This document shows positions 9,231 to 14,016 of a stretch of 14,016 nt of DNA, in pieces; within the stretch, counting starts at the first letter, position 1; each line of letters starts with the position of its first letter. The notes below the pieces were generated by a model that had not been told where the DNA came from, made no database searches, and saw only the letters and a list, made by a program, of their open reading frames with translations. The position numbers were made by a program, and so were the translations under genes. This stretch comes from a candidate division WOR-3 bacterium (GTDB taxonomy: Bacteria > Hydrothermota > Tepidihabitantia > Tepidihabitantales > Tepidihabitantaceae), in NCBI GenBank assembly GCA_965648935.1, contig CBFGIY010000063.1:1-14016 (forward strand). Direction: 5' to 3'.

Positions 9231-9756
9231 CCAGCGCGCTGTCAGCCGCGTGCTTATGCGCCTGCGGGACGAGGTCGGCGACATTGACTTCGGCTTCCGC
9301 GCGCAAGGTATGCTGGCACGCGCTATGTCTTCCTGCGGCGTTAGGGTGTCAGCCGTCAACCATCAAGGTCATCCGGACATCGTAGGCAACGACCAGGACG
9401 GCACCGTGAGGGTCGAAGTTGAAGCTTGTATCAGTCGAGCAAGAACGCGGACCGTCGCGTCGGTTGACATGCAGGCCATAGCTCCAAGGCAGACAGGAGA
9501 CAGCGGGTACTTCATAGTGCTCGACGTAGCCCCAATCGCGCAATGGATTGCCGTCGAGCATACCTATCTTCGCGACCGTATCGGTGACACGCTGCCGCTT
9601 GCGGTGCTATCAGCCCGCCGAGACCGCGATTTCTCGGACTGCCTCACACGGAACCTCGTTCAGCAGACGCTGGCATACGGCACCGACCTGACGTTGTACC
9701 CGCTGTCGCGCCTGACCCGCATGATTCTGCGCGGGAATACTCTGGCAACGGACTAG
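9217..9756 (+). CDS. Small PD-(D/E)xK-fold (Mrr-like) nuclease with an ExE active-site variant
   Basis: FGFRAQGMLARAM...G...NHQGHPDIVG-x7-RVEVEA. The likely TTG start (9217 or 9223) overlaps the ATPase stop at 9230, with GGAG at 9202-9205. Confidence 0.62.
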   Translation: MSLTDQRAVSRVLMRLRDEVGDIDFGFRAQGMLARAMSSCGVRVSAVNHQGHPDIVGNDQDGTVRVEVEACISRARTRTVASVDMQAIAPRQTGDSGYFIVLDVAPIAQWIAVEHTYLRDRIGDTLPLAVLSARRDRDFSDCLTRNLVQQTLAYGTDLTLYPLSRLTRMILRGNTLATD

Positions 9757-9787
9757 CTTCGTGCTGCTGGGATAGGAGACAATCACA

Positions 9788-10681
9788 ATGAGACGTTTCA
9801 ACACACAGGATGAGGCCCTCAGCCTGCTTGAAAACACACTGTCTGAGTTGAGCGCACTTCCTTCTCACTACATATCAAGGGTCCCTCTAATGCCCTGGGT
9901 GCGACGCGACGAGCTGTCCGTCGAGGAGTTGGACCTCTATGCAACAAGCGTGATACCTCTCAGAATGAAGCACTGGGCGACCGTTGTGCAGTACAAGACC
10001 GTAAACTTCATCAGAGGCTATCTTGGCGGAATCACCCAGGAGAATCCGTACGTTTTGTTCTCAATGACACGGTGCCAAATAGAGCTGCTCGCTGCTGCCT
10101 ATCGACCTATCGGGGTAATCTACTCAGTGAAATCCAAATTCCCCGAAGAAGATGCCGACGAGAAGACCATCACTGAAGCACTCAGGAATGCCGTTTGGGA
10201 TATCGACCAGGCTTTCGTGCAATTCCTCTACGGCAGCAAACCGTCCAAGGATACCATCAGTCAGTTTCAGGAACTGAGGCTTCGCGCCGATGTTATGGCA
10301 GCGGCGCCCAAGACGGCCGACAAGGACTGGGAGTCGAGGAACATCGTGACCTTGATTAACAGTGCATCGGAGGTTCAGGACTACATGAGGCTGAGGGACG
10401 ACTATGACGTGCTCTGCGACTACCTGCATCCTAATTGGGCGAGCAGTCGATGTCTGACGGAATGGACACAAGACTCCGGGAACCTGACTATGCGTCTGCA
10501 TCGTGAGGGAGAGACCGTCAGACTCGCTGCTGTCCATGCTTCGGTGCAGGCAATGGCCGAGTGGGCTGATGAGACCCGGCGGCTCGTTGATTCAGCCCCG
10601 CTACCCTTCGGTCTTCCCGAGAACCTCCCGCCAGACGACGATACTCCTCCCGAGAGTGACGGGCCGGCTGGTGGAGCGTGA
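9788..10681 (+). CDS. Helical hypothetical protein, DUF5677/HEPN-like
   Basis: AGGAG SD at 9774-9778. Motifs TRCQIE (R-x3-E) and YDVLCDYLHPN match the R..E / Y..(S/C)...H pattern of DUF5677-type proteins. Acidic, proline-rich tail. Confidence 0.55.
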   Translation: MRRFNTQDEALSLLENTLSELSALPSHYISRVPLMPWVRRDELSVEELDLYATSVIPLRMKHWATVVQYKTVNFIRGYLGGITQENPYVLFSMTRCQIELLAAAYRPIGVIYSVKSKFPEEDADEKTITEALRNAVWDIDQAFVQFLYGSKPSKDTISQFQELRLRADVMAAAPKTADKDWESRNIVTLINSASEVQDYMRLRDDYDVLCDYLHPNWASSRCLTEWTQDSGNLTMRLHREGETVRLAAVHASVQAMAEWADETRRLVDSAPLPFGLPENLPPDDDTPPESDGPAGGA

Positions 10682-10682
10682 T

Positions 10683-11834
10683 ATGAGAGTTTTGTTGCAG
10701 CCGGGCAGCGGTGACCAGCGAGTCGCCCTGCGTCGTATCTACGAGAAGGCTGTCACGGAGGCCACCGAACTCGTTGTCCTCTCAGCCTACCTTACCGAAT
10801 GGCCGATAGCCAGACGGCTGAGCCCTCACTGCAACGAGGTGACCTTCCTGGTTGGCACGGACTTCGGGCTGACGCGCAAGGACGCCTGTAGGTCAGTCCT
10901 GGCATGGCTTCCGAAAGTTCACAAGCACGGCTTTCTTGCCGCAGATGAGGTCTCGGGTTTCCACCCGAAGCTGCTCATGTGGAGTGACCGGCAGGGACAC
11001 CATCACCTCGTCGTGGGTTCCTCAAACCTGACGGACGCCGCTTTCTCGGACAATCACGAGGCCAATGTCTACCTGCGAATCGCCAAGGCGCAGTACGACC
11101 AGATAAGGCGATGGGTGATGGCCCTCAGAGAGAAGGGCTCGCCCATATCTGAGGACTGGTTGGCCAGGTACAGAGAGATGCCTCTTTCCGGCAGGGGCCG
11201 GGGACACGCCGGGAAGGTTGTTCGGCCGGCGCCAGTCGTGCCTGTTAGGCTGCCGAAGGGTCAATACCTGGACGAGGCCATTCGCGGACGGCGGCTTAAC
11301 CAAGCGAAGGTAGCTCGGCCCCTCAAACGCATGGCCAGACTCATTCGACAGTGTGCCAGCGGGAAGATTGACAAGGCTGCCTTCTACAAGGCTGCACTCG
11401 ACTGGTGGAGCGACAACAGTGTCCAAGGAGGGGGCTGGTCTCGTACCTGCAAGTACGCGCTTTGGGACCAGACCTGCCGCGGTCTAGCCCCGTTGCTCAG
11501 CAAGTCGGCGGATGGTTCAAAGTCCGACTTGGACAACTCAGTCCGACTCCTGATTGATGACTTGGCCATGTCCGGCAACCCCACGCGCAAGGCATGGCTC
11601 ACTGAACTACTATGTCGGTACTTCCCGGACCGCTACCCCATACTCAACAGCCCCGTCGTCGCTTGGCTCCGCCACATTCAATACCGCGGTCCGCGCGGTG
11701 CCAGCGAGGGGTCCAAGTACATCGACCTTTCTCTCAAGCTCCGACAGGCGGTGAAACACAATGAGTACAACTCGGCGAACAACCTGATGGAATTGGACGG
11801 GGCGATTTGGCAGTGGTACGCGAGGAACTTCTGA
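10683..11834 (+). CDS. Phospholipase D-family nuclease (NgoFVII/BfiI-like N-terminal PLD domain plus a C-terminal domain)
   Basis: LSAYLT, FHPKLLMW and VVGSSNLT...NHEAN (HxK...GSxN...E). The true start is probably ATG 10683, 1 nt after the upstream TGA, with GGAG at 10673-10676, rather than 10503. Confidence 0.85.
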   Translation: MRVLLQPGSGDQRVALRRIYEKAVTEATELVVLSAYLTEWPIARRLSPHCNEVTFLVGTDFGLTRKDACRSVLAWLPKVHKHGFLAADEVSGFHPKLLMWSDRQGHHHLVVGSSNLTDAAFSDNHEANVYLRIAKAQYDQIRRWVMALREKGSPISEDWLARYREMPLSGRGRGHAGKVVRPAPVVPVRLPKGQYLDEAIRGRRLNQAKVARPLKRMARLIRQCASGKIDKAAFYKAALDWWSDNSVQGGGWSRTCKYALWDQTCRGLAPLLSKSADGSKSDLDNSVRLLIDDLAMSGNPTRKAWLTELLCRYFPDRYPILNSPVVAWLRHIQYRGPRGASEGSKYIDLSLKLRQAVKHNEYNSANNLMELDGAIWQWYARNF

Positions 11835-11843
11835 CCCCGCATC

Positions 11844-13649
11844 GTGAGACACGCTGACGTGCCACCTCAGCCCATCAGGGTCAAGCCCGCCCTGGGTGGT
11901 TACAGAAAGAAACGTGGGTCTCTGGTGCCACCGATGCTCTATCACTTCGATATGCAGAACGTCGATTGGCGTTACGAGATACTGCCGGAGATTGTATGGC
12001 TGGGGCTCTTGGTGAAGCGTCTTGGCTACAAAACTGCAATCCAGGTTTCAGCCAGTCTAGCCGCTTCTACCGCCGCCACGTGTCGATGGCAGAAGAGCCG
12101 GATGCTGGCATTCTGTAGTGCCTACGGCGGCGTATCGGCGACTGAGCGCAGGATGGTACTGAAGCAGCTCAGAGACAAGCGCGTGCTTCAGAAGCTACGC
12201 ATTGCCCTTGAGCCACTCGTCTTGCTCTATCCAACGTGCCCTCTCAAGTTCGTCTTTCCGGTTCGCAGCCGGCCGCAGCTTACATCTGAGGCACGCCTGG
12301 CGGCGCTGCGCGCGGTGCTTTCGGAGTGTCTATTCCGGCGTGAGCGTCTACCGACTCTCGCGCAAGGGGCAGCGGTGGCTTGCCTGCTCGCGTCTGGTCA
12401 ACTTCGCACGACGGACGGAGTCTCGCACTTCCACCCCGAGGTTCTCCGCGATTACCCAAAATCTGAGGAGGCGAAAGCGGAGGCGGCCGGGGTGCGTGCG
12501 GCTCTGAGCGGCATTTCACACGAGATGGCGGACTCAGCTTGGTGCGAGGAATTCTGGACCCGCGGCCTGAAGCTAGCACCGTGCACCACCGCGAAGCCTA
12601 CTGGGCTCCACTACTGGCAGTTATCTCAGGCAGCCGAGATGGATTGGGTACTCAGTTGCCAGCAGTACTTCATGGACCTGCAACGACTGGTCGCACACGA
12701 GTTTGAACGCCGGAGAGTCACTGCGTACAAGCCTCTCCGGGAGCAAGTAGTGAGCGGTCTCGTTGCCCGTGCTACACGAGCTGCGATACAACTGTTCGGC
12801 TATCCTCTCAACTGGACGCTGGACACCTCGGAGATGATGCTGCGCGTCGTGGCCGACCTGTATGTGACAGCAAGATGGTTGATGGAACGAGCATCTGCAA
12901 GCGACTTCCTCAACTTCGAGTCGTATGCAGCCGGCAACGATGTCCTTTACGCGGAGCACCTACGCGTCGCGCTTGAGAGACGCGGTGCGGGACCTGACAC
13001 GGTCAAGCGAACCGTGGACGCTGTCATGAAGACGGGGGTCGGCCGGCACCCAGATTTGACTGCCGTGAACTACGGTCACTGGGCAAAGAAGGACGCACGG
13101 CTGATGTGCAGGGAACTGGACTGCGAGGACCTGTACCATCACGTCCTCGCGCCGGCAAGTTGGAGTATGCACGGGATGTACTCATCTCTGCTCCACCACA
13201 ATCTAGCTCTGTGCAGGGAGCCACTCCACGGTCTGCATCGCCTGCCGATATTCGGCCACAAGCCACCGCTGAGTGACTGGAACGCTAGGCAGGCCGTCAT
13301 GCTGATAGACGACCTCCTGCCGCGTTGGATAAAGTGGCGTGGTGGAGTCCCTCCCAGTCCCGGCCGGCTCCCTGGCTACCGACTCATCCGCTTCGCGAAC
13401 ACGCTCGCACGGCAGCGGCGCAAGTCTGCGAGCACAGCCGGACCGGGAGCAACTGAAGAGAGCAGCGCGCCGGCCGCCTTGCCCGACGTAGCGGCCTACC
13501 AAGTTAAGGCGTTCGTAGCTGGGCAGCTTGAAGCCGGCAGGAAGAACGTGCGAATCCCGAAGCTGCTAGTCTCTTTTGCGGGCGAAGAGGTCTTGCTGGA
13601 CCTACGCAAAGCCTGCGCAGACAGGGGCGCCAAGCTATCCGTTTCCTAG
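11844..13649 (+). CDS. Two-domain hypothetical protein with a DUF5677-like C-terminal half
   Basis: 601-aa ORF. N-terminal LVPPM...W...LPEIVWLGLL; C-half LRVVADLYVTARWL, LYHHVLAPASWSMHG and CREPLHGLHRLP. Start codon uncertain. Confidence 0.6.
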   Translation: MRHADVPPQPIRVKPALGGYRKKRGSLVPPMLYHFDMQNVDWRYEILPEIVWLGLLVKRLGYKTAIQVSASLAASTAATCRWQKSRMLAFCSAYGGVSATERRMVLKQLRDKRVLQKLRIALEPLVLLYPTCPLKFVFPVRSRPQLTSEARLAALRAVLSECLFRRERLPTLAQGAAVACLLASGQLRTTDGVSHFHPEVLRDYPKSEEAKAEAAGVRAALSGISHEMADSAWCEEFWTRGLKLAPCTTAKPTGLHYWQLSQAAEMDWVLSCQQYFMDLQRLVAHEFERRRVTAYKPLREQVVSGLVARATRAAIQLFGYPLNWTLDTSEMMLRVVADLYVTARWLMERASASDFLNFESYAAGNDVLYAEHLRVALERRGAGPDTVKRTVDAVMKTGVGRHPDLTAVNYGHWAKKDARLMCRELDCEDLYHHVLAPASWSMHGMYSSLLHHNLALCREPLHGLHRLPIFGHKPPLSDWNARQAVMLIDDLLPRWIKWRGGVPPSPGRLPGYRLIRFANTLARQRRKSASTAGPGATEESSAPAALPDVAAYQVKAFVAGQLEAGRKNVRIPKLLVSFAGEEVLLDLRKACADRGAKLSVS

Positions 13650-13701
13650 ACGACGGTAGCAGAAATCTCGCAAACTCTTGTCTGGTAGTTTCGATTCTGG
13701 C

Positions 13702-13750
13702 TGTGCCGTCTTTGTGCCGCCTCTAACGGGTTGAACGTCGAGGCGGCACA
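13702..13750. repeat. TGTGCCG motif x3 (two direct, one inverted), including a perfect 11-bp inverted repeat
   Basis: TGTGCCG at 13702-13708 and 13713-13719 (11-bp period). TGTGCCGCCTC (13713-13723) pairs with GAGGCGGCACA (13740-13750) around a 16-nt loop, followed by TTT. Confidence 0.8.
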
Positions 13751-13751
13751 T

Positions 13752-13780
13752 TTGACTCGAAGTGGTAACTGCTGTACCTT
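13752..13780 (+). promoter_or_regulatory. Putative sigma70-type promoter of the tRNA gene
   Basis: -35 TTGACT (13752-13757), a 17-bp spacer and -10 TACCTT (13775-13780), ending 17 nt before the tRNA 5' end. Confidence 0.6.
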
Positions 13781-13797
13781 GTAGGCGTTATAGACGC

Positions 13798-13871
13798 GGG
13801 CCCGTAGCTCAGTTGGTCAGAGCAGCTGACTCATAATCAGCCGGTCGTCCGTTCGACCCGGACCGGGCCCA
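13798..13871 (+). tRNA. tRNA with CAT anticodon, most likely tRNA-Ile2 (lysidine-modified); CCA not encoded
   Basis: Full cloverleaf: acceptor GGGCCCG/CGGGCCC, D arm GCTC/GAGC, anticodon arm GCTGA-CTCATAA-TCAGC (CAT at 13832-13834), T arm GTCCG-TTCGACC-CGGAC, discriminator A. The G1-C72 pair and lack of three anticodon-stem G-C pairs argue against fMet. C4-G69/C5-G68 fit TilS substrates. Confidence 0.93.
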
Positions 13872-14016
13872 TTCCATCAGCCGCCGCTCATTGTGGAGCG
13901 TGCGGACACGACACCCAAACCGGGTTTCACAGTCCCTTGAGAATCAGCGGCGGGCGTCATGCAGGCGGCTGCGGCCGGCTCCACGCACTGGAAAAGGGTC
14001 GAGATGGTCTTCGGAC

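Larger units (their letters stand above)
1..13797 (+). mobile_element. Defence island / genomic island (right part) abutting a tRNA gene
   Basis: Ten co-oriented RM, nuclease and SMC-type genes with no housekeeping genes, ending at repeats and a tRNA. No integrase is present in the window, so mobility is inferred. Confidence 0.55.

Noticed and set aside
10503..10682. Track start of the PLD ORF at 10503
   Set aside because: It overlaps the upstream gene by about 180 bp. ATG 10683 has an SD and abuts the upstream stop.
10683..11834. Calling the PLD gene drmC
   Set aside because: It is over 5 kb from the drmD/drmMI-like pair with no drmA/drmB nearby, and the N-terminal PLD plus C-terminal domain layout fits restriction-type PLD nucleases better.
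13798..13871. Initiator tRNA-fMet assignment
   Set aside because: It has a paired G1-C72 and lacks the three consecutive G-C anticodon-stem pairs. Elongator Met is not fully excluded.
13877..14016. Possible 3' end of a minus-strand gene entering from the right edge
   Set aside because: All three reverse frames give only short peptides with no recognisable motif, so it cannot be supported from this window.

Overview
GC-rich bacterial window holding the right-hand part of a defence island: ten closely packed + strand genes that end just upstream of a tRNA(CAT) gene, probably tRNA-Ile2. In order: the C-terminus of a DrmD-like SNF2 helicase; a 1358-aa DrmMI/type IIG-like N6-adenine methyltransferase with a diverged in-frame 129-bp tandem duplication; a PD-(D/E)xK nuclease; a GIY-YIG nuclease; a coupled three-gene module (78-aa helical protein, Rad50/SMC-like zinc-hook ATPase, small PD-ExE nuclease); and a PLD nuclease between two DUF5677/HEPN-like helical proteins. 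The SMC module is the best candidate for an undescribed, Lamassu-like system. The window is strongly depleted of GATC. The gap before the tRNA holds TGTGCCG repeats, an 11-bp inverted repeat and a sigma70-type promoter, consistent with an element boundary on the 5' side of the tRNA. Family calls come from motif recognition by eye, not database searches.
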